Source: Pecten maximus (Eukaryota). From it: DNA of 64,000 bases. The notes beneath the pieces are model-generated. The model searched no databases, had not been told where the DNA came from, and saw only the letters and a program-made list of their open reading frames with translations. The stretch lies in NCBI RefSeq assembly GCF_902652985.1, contig NC_047030.1, positions 14,508,001 to 14,572,000 on the forward strand. The letters run 5' to 3'. The position numbers and the translations under genes are program-made. Shown here piece by piece: positions 35,937 through 49,763 of the stretch (positions are counted from its first letter, which is position 1; each line of letters opens with the position of its first letter).

Positions 35937-37491
35937 ATCTTTAGAATACAGATTATCAGATACTGGATACTGCTCCTCCCAATACCCAAACAAATCTTTA
36001 ATTATTCCTTGTCATTTCACCCAAGTTAAAAAAAATTGCTGTACTTTAAAAGATCGACTATGACATGATTATTGGGTGAGGAGGTATTTGAAAGTATTGT
36101 ATAGTGGCTTGCCTGTGGCCAGTTACATAGTTAAAAACCTATCTTTCCAGTATAAAATGGTTACAAGGTATGTTTCAGAATTATTTTGTTGTTCACTTCA
36201 CCTACTGGTATTGTATTTCATGCATCTTTAAGATAGTATCGTGATTATAATGATTAATAATGTGATATTAAGAATAACTGTTTTATAGTGGTGAAAACAT
36301 GTTCAGTAAGAGTACACACAATATTGTTTCCACCTCATAACATATCATGTTTTGTGTTGGAGTTTTGTTAGAGCCACTTTTTTTTTCTTGATGAGATGAG
36401 AAAAAAAAGTCCTCCAAATTTATTGGAGGTATTTTGTAAATATTTGGCATCATGTAGATGTCATTTGTAATCCTAGCTACAAAAGATTCAGCATTAGTTT
36501 TCTAGTCAATGCATACCATTGCCATGGTAATACTTTGTAACACACATGGAAATCACACACTATATGTATCATAATCTATATTATTTTACAAGAGTTAGAT
36601 AAGGCATGTTACTCTGTAAGTCCTCCCCTTGCCCTGGGGAAATTCCCTATGTTAAGGAATTTCCTTAACTTCAGGAAATTCCCTATCTTATTAGGTATAA
36701 GGGCAGTCCTGAGCTTGACATTTATGAACTTAAGGTAATTCCCTGTTTTAAAGACATTCTTTTACTTTATTACATTATTTAAATTAAAATTTTCCATAGA
36801 AAAGTATATTCTTTAAATTAAAGTTTCCCATAGAAACGTATTACAGATGTTAAGAATAATTTCCTACTGAAGATTTCCCCCTAAGTTATGGTTGATGAAG
36901 GCCCGAGTAGCTGTTAGTCTACTATAATACATGTACATTTATGTAACAGGTAAACCTTTAAGATAATGACATCACTTTACATATAACTTTCATTTCACAC
37001 ATTCGTTTTCCCTTATTCTTATTTACAATGAAATGATTACATATTTTGATAATTAACATTTATGATATGTTGTTTTTTGGGGCTTTTTGAAAAATATATT
37101 TGCTCAACTATGAATTTGTTTATTTTCTTATCCATTTACTAGCTTATCTGAAAGTAAGTTTCAAAATTAAATATCACTTGATATTATCAATTTTACCATT
37201 ATCCCGGTAGTACTAATGATACTGTTTCCTAAGTGTTGTAATATTTAGTATTGTTGTATTTTGTGTTTAATCCTAATCTTTGTTGGAGCTTAATTGAAAG
37301 GTCTTGACATAGATTGTGAGTAATTATAAGGTCTGGAACATCGTGAGAACTTCGTGAAATGTACGACCTTATGTTTGTATCACAGATCCGTGACCTACCT
37401 TTCAGCGATACTTTGCTGAAGCTTCAGTAGGAGACTGATCTTTTTGACATATTCAGGGTTTATTTGTCATTTGGCATTCTTTAGACCACAG

Positions 37492-37706
37492 GGCCCAGTT
37501 GTTCAAAAAGTGATTACCTTAATTACTTGATTAGTGACAATTTCATTCCTCCTTCACTTGAAAATCTGTGTATGTGTGATCCTTAAAACAGACAGGTAGC
37601 AAGAGATCAAAGAGTGTTTTATAGTTCCATAAAAGTTAATATTTCCAGAGATTTTTAAATTGTTGTTAAACTGTGATTAGCCTAATCACATTTGAACTAC
37701 TTGGCC
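37492..37706. mobile_element. Degenerate MITE (Harbinger-like ends)
   Basis: ggcccagttgttcaaa ... tttgaactacttggcc. Confidence 0.5.
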
Positions 37707-39700
37707 TAGGTCTATATGAAAGATACTGAGAGTTATTTTTGAAATATTCACGGTTTATTTGCCATGTTTAGAAGTTTTTGAAACTCCAGGTCTATACTAA
37801 AGATACTGAAATTATAGATATTTTTGACATATTCAAGCGATTTTTTTAGCCTACAGGCCAAGATATCATTGCCATTTAATTTGTATTTCTTCATAATCTA
37901 CTTCCACAATGTAATACTGCTGATGTACCGCTGTACAGTGATGTGATAAGCCTCTGATATTGTGTTGTGTCTGTGCTGTCTATAAAGTGGACCCTCGGTA
38001 CTTGACCCTGTGGTTGATATCTATCACTGTCACACATGACTGCACATGTTTAATGGTACATATTTTAATGTTATATAAGAGTCTTGTCAATAAAATTGGA
38101 AGCATCATCTGGTGTACAACTTGTTTTATTGCACAAAGTTCTCATAAATCCTCCATTTTACAAAACTTTAGGATCTCGAATCATCATGTGTTACCTATAG
38201 TAAACTGTATACGTTACTCATTAGAAAGTAAATACTCGACCATTGGATAACTTGCTGTTAACCATAGTGACTGTATGAATTTCAGAAATAAAATCACTAA
38301 CAATGGCAATATTAAATGTTGCCATACCTAACAGCCACATACGAAGGGAGGTAACTCTAAAAACTAAACCAAACGATAATCTGTAATGCGAATAGATGTG
38401 TTTGCTAAACACATCCAAGATCACTGCTCAAACAGACAAAATCCAAGATCACTGCTCAAACAGACAAAATCTTAAAATGTTAAAACAAATTAAAATCTAT
38501 ACAAACAGAAATAGAATTAAGAAATCATAGAGTAAATAAATTCAGACTTCAAGCTGTGTAAAAAGGCCGCCCTAGAAACTTCATTCAAAATATGACCTTG
38601 ACCTAGATTCAATGGCATATGATTCAGCCGTTTTAAGATCTTTGAATCAACTTATTATCTTTGTGACATGTAGCCTGCAAGAGTAAATGGGTATAAAGTT
38701 AATAAAATGGGCCACCTTGACGCATCACCAGGAACAGTGTTGCATTATTAAGGTTAAACTATATATTGGTCTATCGACGTATGGACTGAAAACCTAAGTA
38801 CTCTGAATTTGTGTAAAGAAGTCGCTCATTTTGATACCATCAATGTCGTGTCCACTTTCCACGAAATGCACTTCTTAACAGAAGGTATGGACTCATATCA
38901 ACTATTATGAAGAACATTTTTAAAACATTCGAAAAACTTAACTCCAGACCAAAGTTGCTTCCTGTATGTTTATATCACTGACCTGTTATTCTTTTTAAAT
39001 GTTACAAATATAATAAAGAATTAAAAATGGTTCAATCAACAGAGCGAATAAAAAAAAACTCCACGGGATAAAAAAGAGGTAAAGTTACGGTTCACACTAC
39101 AAAGACTGAATAACATGATATCGTGATAAAAAAGTGGAGATCGTGCAATTCATTTGAAATAGCAATGATCGTATAGAAATACCAAACGGTTGTTTGTTAC
39201 CCGAGTAGCAATGAACTATTTTAGTATTTTTATGATAGAATTACCCTACTGGTCTCCATGGAACCATCAATAACATATTATAGGGGGGGAAATACATCGA
39301 ACACTTAATGACCGTGACACAAATACACAAACGTATTGAAGAAAGCCGGCAAAATTGACGTAAAAATGATAAAACTTTGAATAATTTTGTTTAAGTTCAT
39401 TTTATTAAAAAAACAACTGCACCATACAAACTGCCAGGTTCATTGTTCTAAAAAGATGTTTTTTTTCCTAGAGTACAACTTGTATTTAAATCAATCAGCC
39501 AAGTTATCTTTCTTACATGGTCCTACAGTCTGTCTCATCTTATTATTTCAGATTTCAAGGGTGTATATACATGCGACTTTGTTCAACCACTGAAATCGTA
39601 GTTGTCTGAAAAACTCGACCGAAAGGTAAACGAAAGGACCATACGATACCTCTTCAAACTTGATACTGCGTTAAATAGCAGTCTCCAAAAAGCAGATTTC

Positions 39701-41423
39701 TTTTTTAGCCCACCATCATCAGATGGTGGGCTAAATTCGCCTTGCTCAAATCGTCTTGCGTCCGTGGTCCGTCTGTCCCTTCGTCCGTCCCTCCGTCCCT
39801 CGGTCCGTCCATAAACAATTCTTGTTATCGCTATTTCTGAGAAAGTACTAAAGGGATCTTTCTCAAATTTCATATGAAGGTTTCCCTTGGTCTGTAGTTA
39901 TGCATATTGCATGTTGAGACCAATCGGAAAAAACATGGCCGACAGGCAGCCATCTTGGATTTTGACAATTGAAGTTTGTTATCGCTATTTCTGAGAAAGT
40001 ACTAAAGGGATCTTTCTCAAATTTCATATGTAGGTTCCCCTTGGTGCCTAGTTATGCATATTGCATTTTGAGACCAATCGGAAAACAACATGGCCGATAG
40101 GCAGCCATCTTGGATTTTGACAATTGAAGATTGTTATCGCTATTTCTGAGAAAGTACTGAAGTGATCTTTCTCAAATTTCATATGTAGGTTCCCCTTGGT
40201 GCCTAGTTATTCATATTGCATTTTGAGACCAATCGGAAAACAACATGGCCGACAGGTAGCCATCTTGGATTTTGACAATTGAAGTTTGTTATCGCTATTT
40301 CTCAATAGATACTGAAGGGAACTTTCTCAAATTTCATATGTAGGTTCCCCTTGGTGCCTTGTTATGCATATTGCATTTTGAGACCAATCGGAAAACAACA
40401 TGGCCGATAGGCAGCCATCTTGGATTTTGACAATTGAAGTTTGTTATCGCTATTTCTGAGAAAGTACTGAAGTGATCTTTCTCAAATTTCATATGTAGGT
40501 TCCCCTTGGTGCCTAGTTATTCATATTGCATTTTGAGACCAATCGGAAAACAACATGGCCGACAGGCAGCCATCTTGGATTTTGACAATTGAAGTTTGTT
40601 ATCGCTATTTCTCAATAGATACTGAAGGGACCTTTCTCAAATTTCATATGTAGGTTCCCCTTGGTGCCTAGTTATGCATATTGCATTTTGAGACCAATCG
40701 GAAAACAACATGGCCGACAGGCAGCCATCTTGGATTTTGACAATTGACGTTTGTTATCGCTATTTCTCAGAAAGTACTGAAGTGATCTTTCTCAAATTTC
40801 ATATGTAGGTTTCCCTTGATGCCTTGTTATGCATATTGCCTTTCGAGACCAATCGGAAAACAACATGGCCGACAGGCAGCCATCTTGGAGTTTGACAATT
40901 GAAGTTTGTTATCGCTATTTCTGAGAAAGTACTGAAGGGATCTTTCTCAAATTTCATATGTAGGTTCCCCTTGGTGCCTAGTTATGCATATTGCATTTTG
41001 AGACCAATCGGAGAACAGCATGGCCGATTGGCAGCCATCTTGGATTTTGACAATTGAAATTTGTTATCGCTATTTCTGAGAAAGTACTGAAGGGACCTTT
41101 CTCAAATTTCATATGTAGGTTCCCCTTGGGGCTTAGTTATGCATATTGCATTTTGAGACCAATCGGAAAACAAAATGGCCGACAGGCAGCCATCTTGGAT
41201 TTTGACAATTGAAGATTGTTATCGCTATTTCTGAGGAAGTACTGAAGGGATCTTTCTCAAATTTCATATATAGCTTCCCCTTGTTTCAAAAGTACTAGAG
41301 GGATGTTTCTCAATTTACACAGATTAGTAAGAGGAAGGGAAAAATAGAGAAAAGATCAATCTGACATGGAACCTATAAAGATCGTTCAATGGTGGGCGCC
41401 AAGATCCCTCTGCGATCTCTTGT
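39701..41423 (-). mobile_element. HINE/Helentron-like element with ~9 tandem 155-bp monomers
   Basis: Hairpin agcccaccatc..gatggtgggct at 39707-39732, (ccgt)n, tttgacaatt every 155 bp from 39961 to 41201, subterminal tggtgggc at ~41390. Absent from the homologous positions in the other array units. Confidence 0.85.
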
Positions 41424-42310
41424 AAATTTTTTCACTCTCTTCACCTTTGACCTTGTGGTCAAGGTTGCAACGATCAAATACAGAGCAAAACACGTCGTTA
41501 TTGGGGCGATAAAGTTATGCCGCAACTTTCATTGAAATATCTTTATCAATTTAAAAGTTATCGCCGGATAAGCAATTATTAGCAAAAATGTTTTTGACTT
41601 TGAAATAAAGGTCAAAATACCCTTACGTAGTTCGTTACACATCGCCTTCAGGTAGTGCAAGTCTAAGTTGCAAGTTATATCAAGATATCTTCAACCGTAT
41701 TGAAGATATGGCTCGGACATACATTTGACCGTGAGGTCAAGGTCGCAAAGATTCAATGGCAGAGCAATTCAATTTTTCAGTGGGTGATAAAGGTTACAAC
41801 AACTTTCATTAAAATGTCGTTAACGATTTAGAAGTTCCATTCAGTACTTTCAAGAAATAGCGATCAAAAACTCCAACTGTTAAAATTCAAAGATGACCGC
41901 CTGTCGTCGGAAGAAGACGAATATGTCTTCCTTCATTCAAAGGGTGCTGAAAATCTGTAAAAAAAAAAAAAAAAAACAGATAGTAAGGTGTTTATACTTT
42001 CGACTCCATCAGACCACGGGGGTTGCAAGTTCTACTTAAAAATAGACATATGTATGAACAATAAACCGATCGGAAGCGTTATATTCCTGCCATATTCGTG
42101 CATTGCCTTGAGTAACATTCCATCACGTGATGGGTTGGAAAATCAGTGTGTCAAGTCTCTGTGCGGGTACAAAGCTTTCAAATCCAATCCTGAAATATTC
42201 TCTTTGAAGTCAAATAGCAAACTTAAAATGGAGTGAAATTTACGAGAAAATATGCGTCATATATTAGACACTACTATAGTGGCAGTGGTTCAAACACCTA
42301 TTTCATGTTA

Positions 42311-43030
42311 AGGCCCTGTCACACTGTTGCGTATCGTACTAGCGTATGCCAGCGTATGAAAAATTATCACTCATTACGCTGGTATACGCTGACATACGCT
42401 AGGGGTACGTTAGGCATAGGTGTATACGTTTCAAACACGCTGGCATACGCTGGGATACGCTGGCATACGCTGAGGCAGAAATAGATTTTTGAGCATGTTC
42501 AAAAATTTTGTGCGTATGCAGACGTATGGTTAATACGCTAAGCATACGCTAGGCATACGCTGAATACGCTAGAGGTACGATATAGGTACGTTACTCATAG
42601 GTCGAGTACGCTGGACGTAAGTTGCCATACGTTGGCGGAAAGTGTATCGTGCAACGAATATAGACATCTTGGCGTATGCCTGACGATTGAGTAACGTATT
42701 TAACGTACAACTAGCGTATTATTGGCGTATGGCCAGCGTATTCTCAGCGTATTGCCAGCGTTTTGATAAAGTGTATATATAGGCTCCCATTTCTAGCTCA
42801 TCTTCAGTTCTTCGTACGCTGGGCATACGCAGTTCATACGCTACTCATACGCTAGCCATACGCAGAGTACGCTGGCCATACGCTGGTCATACGCTACTCA
42901 TAGGTTCAATACGGTAAGTATACGCACAATTCTGTATTTTCAAGGGCTTTTTGTGCGTATGAAAATTATATTATGAATTTTCATTCGCTACTCATATATT
43001 TCTCTCATACGCAACAGTGTGACAGGGCCA
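42311..43030. mobile_element. PIF/Harbinger-like MITE in unit 1
   Basis: TIR ggccctgtcacactgttgcgtat; TTA TSD confirmed by the empty site catgTTAgatg at ~57171 in unit 3. Confidence 0.9.
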
Positions 43031-43414
43031 TTAGATGTGAAAATACACGTCATATATTAGATAAGACTATAGTGGCAGTGGTTCAAACACCTAGATGTGG
43101 ATACTAACGGTCCCATTGCAATCCCCTCTGGATCACTGGTCAAAACCGAAATATCTGTGATATTCATTCTTCAGTAGTACATCTTGTATTGTTAAAACGT
43201 AATGTACGTTTGATTAAAGACTTAGTCAGCAGGATGTGTTAGAGTTAAATAAGTTATATGGTTTAAATATATTTCTATTTACACTCCAGATAATAAATAG
43301 GATGGTGGCGGATCTGGCGCGGAGCTATTTATAGTTATTACTAATGCACTATCTGTATAAGGGTGGATCCCGTGTACTTTAGATGGAAGGAAACTTTTAC
43401 GGACGACAGGTGTG

Positions 43415-43582
43415 TATAAAGACAGTTTCATTGTGCTGGTGTATGCTAGTGATCTGATACTTATAATTGGTGTTTAAAATAAGAGGTGTCTTAGACACTA
43501 TATACTATTTGATAATAGTTTATCTACGGTAGTACAATAACAACAACGTGACTTACATTTACATATCAGCAAACAACACTAT
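43415..43582 (+). promoter_or_regulatory. Candidate TATA box and upstream non-coding exon of dioxygenase copy 1 (equivalents in copies 2 and 3)
   Basis: TATAAA at 43415 and a possible donor AT|GTAAGA at 43582/43583, which could pair with the acceptor at 44879. Motif-level evidence only. Confidence 0.25.
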
Positions 43583-43921
43583 GTAAGATACATTGTGCTT
43601 GATGATTAGCTATATATAACAATGTAACAGAAATGACGCAGGAAGACAATGTTTGACTCGTGCCCTGTCCGAGTCTCCAACGATACGTATACAGTGTGGT
43701 GGTCATTCCTGTTTCTATGTTAGATATATGTACCAATATATAATATTTATACTATACAGTGGGACAGTAAATCTTTTTTGAAGTGTATGCTTTAAGTACG
43801 TTATCCAGGGGTTGGCAGCTCCTGTTTGGGTCTAAAGTGGTCAGGAATGAGTTTTCGTGTCTTCAAAATGACACCCAACTAATTTTACAGTGAATGAAAC
43901 GACATGCTCTGAATGAAAGCT

Positions 43922-44560
43922 TCACCCCTTGATCCTTCCCTCGTTATTAAGTAGCCTTGTGTCCTGTTTGGGTACTAGGTGGTCGAAGAAACCTAGGAAA
44001 AACGTTATTTTCCAGTAGTACTTGGGGTCGTCCACGGCCTGATTCGCGTCATGACGTTGTGTTCCAGCCCTTCTAGGTGCTGCTGGCGCAATATCGAACT
44101 CGGTAGCAATGGTAATAGCTTCGTCATACAGCGTGTCCCAGACCATGCCATCAGCGCGTAAAATCTTGATGACTTTGTTCTCTGTAATTGCCAGGAATAC
44201 GTTTCACTGGGTGTATGAAGCTCGTTTGACCGGGATACACAGTACTGCTCAGGATATAATATGCCATCATCAATCCGATGATTAATTAAAACTACAGAAT
44301 CACACCTAGCCGCTCAACTGCCTTACTATCCTTTATATATTCAAGGCTACATGTATTTATGACAACTGTGAAAGATGCTTTGAATGTTTTGAGGGCGTTT
44401 GTCCTGCTAGAGTCCATAGTGTAGTTCTTTTCTCCAGTTCGTACCGCGCGTTTTCATTTTTGTGATAGTCCCTGTGATACATAGATGTCTTTTTCGCCTT
44501 GATGTTGTATAATACATACCATACAATTTCGACTGTTTTCTAGTAAACACATGTATACAA
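43922..44560 (-). pseudogene. hAT transposase remnant, unit 1
   Basis: PRRAGTQRH...YYWKITFF..FDHL peptide; homologous to the longer remnant in unit 3. Confidence 0.7.
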
Positions 44561-44891
44561 ATCACAGGGAGCAGGGCAATTTGACCGGGTTGGCCTTGTC
44601 ACCCTTGAGACCCTAGATACAAATATATATAACAGTATATTATGTAGTTGTTTTAACAATTACGAAATAGTTAGACCTGTTTGGAAAATTGAATTTGTGT
44701 GCAAAATACTACGTGGAGGTCAGAAAGGAAAGACGGACACTATTATACATTGACTTTGCAATTAATTCACTTTGATAAAGCTCATTTCTCATAAATCATG
44801 ATAATGAGAAAGAGATAGATGTTCGCTTTATACAATCCCATACAATCTCCTTTGAAAACCAGATGCTTTTTCTCTGCAGAACTCAACGATT

Positions 44892-45884
44892 ATGGGGTTT
44901 ACGGAACGAAATCGCACGGAGCTGGAGGAGAAAGGCTACACCGTGGTGGAAAACGTTCTCACCGAAACCGAATGTGGGGAATACATCCGGGCATTCAGGG
45001 ATTGGCTCACCGAATTCCCGGAGGGCGAATGGCCGTCCTCCGCTCATTCTCTCATTCAGGAATATAACATTGGCCATCATGAGGCTGCGTGGAGTACCCG
45101 CCTCAAAGCTAAAGCCGTCTTTTCCAAATTGTGGAAGACGGACAAGCTTCTTACTAGTGTCGACGCCATTGCAATAGGCCGGCCGCCAGAGGACGGAAAA
45201 GAGCTATTCGCGGAGGAAGGTCTCCATTGGTTACACGCTGATCAGGATGCAGAGAAGGTTGGTCTGCATGCTTACCAAGGGACAGTGTACCTGGAGGCGG
45301 TGGCTGAGGACGACTGGACATTCCACGTGATGGAAAGGTCACATCTCTACCTCAATAGTCTCTATGACCGGAACCAGAAAGCAGCACTAGAGAGTTCAAT
45401 TAATAAAAACCATTACATTCGGGATGATGACGAAGAATGGCTTATCTCTAAAGGTTGTGTCACAAAGCGTGTGGCGGTACCACGTGGGGGAATGGTTCTG
45501 TGGGACTCGAGACTTATACACGCAAATGCTCGTCCAAAAGAAGGGAGGGCACATCCAGATAGGTGGCGCTTTTGTGTGATGGTCTGTATGACTCCGGCAG
45601 CGTGGGCGACCGAAGAGGACCTGGAGACCAAGAATGAGGCTTACAGGGACGTAGCCATGACAACACATTGGCCTTCACAAGATGTTCAGATCATGTCTTC
45701 TTTATTTCCTTCAAAATATTCAAATAATATCGGCTGGTTGAAACAACTCCCAGAAAATGCAAAAACAACGGAAGTGAAGCAGATGTGTGGTGTGGTGTCG
45801 TATGATTTCAAAGACGGCGAACCAAACGGCCCCGAATGGATTCCCGTTTGGAATAAGGACAGTAACCAGGAAACAATGCCGTAA
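44892..45884 (+). CDS. PhyH-like (phytanoyl-CoA dioxygenase family) 2OG/Fe(II) oxygenase, copy 1, 330 aa
   Basis: Uninterrupted ORF with N-terminal ELEEKGYTVVENVLT, HxD (WLHADQD), YQG, GGMVLWDSRLIHAN (distal His) and a downstream Arg (RFCVMVC). A splice acceptor (tttttctctgcag) ends at 44879, 12 nt in frame upstream of the ATG, so the N-terminus could be longer. Confidence 0.82.
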   Translation: MGFTERNRTELEEKGYTVVENVLTETECGEYIRAFRDWLTEFPEGEWPSSAHSLIQEYNIGHHEAAWSTRLKAKAVFSKLWKTDKLLTSVDAIAIGRPPEDGKELFAEEGLHWLHADQDAEKVGLHAYQGTVYLEAVAEDDWTFHVMERSHLYLNSLYDRNQKAALESSINKNHYIRDDDEEWLISKGCVTKRVAVPRGGMVLWDSRLIHANARPKEGRAHPDRWRFCVMVCMTPAAWATEEDLETKNEAYRDVAMTTHWPSQDVQIMSSLFPSKYSNNIGWLKQLPENAKTTEVKQMCGVVSYDFKDGEPNGPEWIPVWNKDSNQETMP

Positions 45885-47049
45885 GTCATGATGTTAAAAG
45901 AGACTGGCCATGACGTCAGGGATAAGTCTTTTGGATGGCTTTGTAGCTTGGGCTGTCATCAAGTACGTTAGACAATGAATAAGAAACAGTTTTAGATCTA
46001 CATGAAGGATAGAAAGCCATGATGGAACTGGTCCTAAAATCACAATTTCACACTTACAATACACGAATACAATGTTGATTTACGAATACGAGGGAGGAAA
46101 GGCCCACCTAGTATATCTATTAGGTTGATATTTATACTATATTTATATTTAATCTGCCCAAGTTTGCCGAATTATTTAATTGTGAGCAATACATGAACCC
46201 CGTACAATATAAAGAGATAAGGAGAAGGTGAATTGGTGAACAGAGATGAGAGGGACATACCAGATAGCGCATGGCCCATTCTAACATCCAATGAGGGATG
46301 AAATGGATACACCATCATCTGTCCCTCATACTGTCTGCAGTATTGGTACCAATGGGACGAAAATGCGTCTTGACAATTTGCCATTTGACTTAACACGTTT
46401 GTTCCATCACCATCAGCGGTCGTCAAAGCTCAGTCATTTACAATCTTTGCTTGAAAAATAAATCAGACTTTCAAGAGGTTGCAAAGACAGTTTTCATTTT
46501 GGTGTTAAAGACTAAACTTGTGAAAATCATACTTGTAATGTGCGTTCCTCTATGATACATTTGTAGTGTGTCGTAGAGTATCGTAGAGGAGGGGAAATTA
46601 CAAGTCTGATTGTAATAAGATTGTGTTAAAGACAAACATTTTTCCAAGCGATGAATAAATCCGTATACCTTAATGAAGATATACAAAGCAAATAACTCCT
46701 GTACGGAATGATAAGTTTACAAATGTCGAGTGTTGTAGAGAGAAGCAACTAAAGGCGACTGAGAGGACATTTGTAGGAACAAGCTTCATGGGGACTTCAT
46801 CAATTGTAATTTCCGATAAACAGTGGTATCCATGTTCTCCAGCCATTGATCATTTTTGCGAGTCATCAACAAAAAACATTGACAGTATTTGTTGATAGTG
46901 TTGTGAACTAAATCTGTGATAATTATTTTTATTTTAAGAGGAACATTATTTTAATTAAAATATAATTGTTTCAATCATTTCGTCTTCTACATTTTGTGAT
47001 CATGTGTTTGACATGATTGTCAACACAACGGGCAAAGTATACCAGTCCA

Positions 47050-47372
47050 AGAAACAAGTGGCCCAATGAGCAGTAGGTAAAGGTCATTTATCCTACCAAA
47101 TACTGGCACAATATAACCCTGGGCCCTTTGGTTAGTTAGCTGTTTTGATAGTTTAACACATTTGGAACGAGTAACCTTAAAGGTAGCTTAAGATAATTCT
47201 TTTAAACAAACTTTGGTAGCCTGACCTCCTATAATGCTAAAGGTCCAATATATTGACACTGCCTTTTGGTTATTGAGAATCAACTATTAAAAGTGAAAAT
47301 TGATGCCTGGCGGACAATGATGCTGCACCACGGCATCAGCTCACTTGCCGTTAGGGCAGGTGACCGAAACAT
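47050..47372 (+). mobile_element. Degenerate HINE-like element (also at ~54470-54790 and ~61517-61835)
   Basis: aaacaagtggcccaatg start; tcacttgcc...ggcaggtga 3' hairpin. Confidence 0.45.
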
Positions 47373-49763
47373 AACTAAATACCCTGGACGTATTCAGAAT
47401 CATTCTTGTTTTTTTCCTTAATGAGATGAATTGAAAAGTCCTCCAAATCTATTGGAGGTGTTGTATAAATATTTGCTATCATGTAGATGTCATTTGTAAT
47501 TCTAGCTGCAAAAGATTCAACATTAGTTTTCTAGTCAATGTAAGTCGTTGCCATGGTAATACTTAGTAACACACATTGAAAGCACACACTATATGTATCA
47601 TTAATTATATTTATTATTTTAGATAAGGCAGATAACTCTGTGGGTTCTCGTGTTTGATTAAGTGTTCATACCTGGCCATCTTGGTGATAGACAAGGGTCT
47701 GCATCACCTCGCTTCTGGTAAATTCACAACCTAAAGAACATTTCTTAATTTATTTTTTTGACCCAGGTTCAATGTCATAAGATTTAGCTGTGTTTTTCAA
47801 GAATAGCAAAGCTCAGTGATATTATCTTTGTGGTCATTAGCTTTGCAAGAGTAAATGGTTATAAAGTTGATAAAATGGGCCACCTTGACACATCGCCAGG
47901 AACAGTGTTTCATCTAAGGTTAAACTAGATATTGGTCTATCAATGTATGACTGAAAACCCAAGTACACTGAATAAATTTAAAGTGGCTTGTGAAAACAAG
48001 TTACTCCTTTTAATTTCCTGAAACCGCATTTATGTCGAAGCAGAAGCTATGGAGTCACGATATAAACTGTTATTAACAACATTTTTAAAACATTCGAAAA
48101 ACTTAACTCCAGACCAAAGTTGCTTCCTGTATATTTATATCACTGACCTGTTATTCTTTCTAAATGTTACAAATATAATTAAGAATTAAAAATGGTTCAA
48201 TCAATAGAGTGAATCAGCATTGACAATATTACGTTAATCGCCTTACTAGTTTTACATACATGAAGACATATATAAGAGGAAAAGTTAAAAAGGCGATATT
48301 TTGCAAGGCTACATCTACAAAAAATAGTCTTCGGGATAGCAAAGAAGAATAAATCCTGTTGACTGAATTACACCATATCGTGATAAAAGTGTAGCTGATT
48401 GAAATTGCCTCATATCGTGGTAAAAGTTTAGCTGATTAAAATTACCTCATATCGTGGTAAAAGAGTAGACCAACTTAATTACATCATACCGGGGTAAAAG
48501 TTAAGAAAACTTAATTACGTCATATAGTGATAAAAGTGTAGACCTACTGAAATACATCATATCGTGTTAAAAGGGGTACAACTTGTACTTCAATCAATCG
48601 GCCAAGTTATTTTCCTTACAAGGTCATGCAGTCTTTCTCATCTTATTATTTCAGATTTCAAGGGTGTATATACATGCGACTTTGTTCAACCACTGAAATC
48701 GTAGTTGGTCTGAAAAACTCGACCGAAAGGTAAACGAAAGGACCACACAATACCTCGTTAATCTTGATACTACGTTAAATAGTAAAAGTAGATTTCTTTT
48801 TTATATCCTGATTATTGTTACGATTATTGATTAAACTATACATTGTTTTGGTCAACAAAAAAACATTTATTTTTATTTGTTTCACTCGCTCTACCCTTGG
48901 CCTTGAGGTAAAGGTTGCAACGATCAAATACAGAGCAAAACACGTCGTTATTGGGGCGATAAAGTTATGCCGCAACTTTCATTGAAATATCTTTATCAAT
49001 TTAAAAGTTATCGCCGGATAAGCAATTATTAGCAAAAATGTTTTTGACTTTGAAATAAAGGTCAAAATACCCTTACGTAGTTCGTTACACATCGCCTTCA
49101 GGTAGTGCAAGTCTAAGTTGCAAGTTATATCAAGATATCTTCAACCGTATTGAAGATATGGCTCGGACATACATTTGACCGTGAGGTCAAGGTCGCAAAG
49201 ATTCAATGGCAGAGCAATTCAATTTTTCAGTGGGTGATAAAGGTTACAACAACTTTCATTAAAATGTCGTTAACGATTTAGAAGTTCCATTCAGTACTTT
49301 CAAGAAATAGCGATCAAAAACTTCAACTGTTAAAATTCAAAGATGGCCGCCTGTCGTCGGAAGAAGACGAATATGTCTTCCTTCATTCAAAGGGTGCTGA
49401 AAATCTGTAAAAAAAAAAAAAAAAAAAAACAGATAGTAAGGTGTTTATACTTTCGACTCCATCAGACCACGGGGGTTGCAAGTTCTACTTAAAAATAGAC
49501 ATATGTATGAACAATAAACCGATCGGAAGCGTTATATTCCTGCCATATTCGTGCATTGCCTTGAGTAACATTCCATCACGTGATGGGTTGGAAAATCAGT
49601 GTGTCAAGTCTCTGTGCGGGTACAAAGCTTTCAAATCCAATCCTGAAATATTCTCTTTGAAGTCAAATAGCAAACTTAAAATGGAGTGAAATTTACGAGA
49701 AAAAATGCGTCATATATTAGACACTACTATAGTGGCAGTGGTTCAAACACCTATTTCATGTTA

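Noticed and set aside
44819-45889. Overlapping short ORFs in other frames and strands of the dioxygenase genes
   Set aside because: Shadow ORFs of a GC-richer CDS with no recognisable motifs; they recur only because of the duplication.
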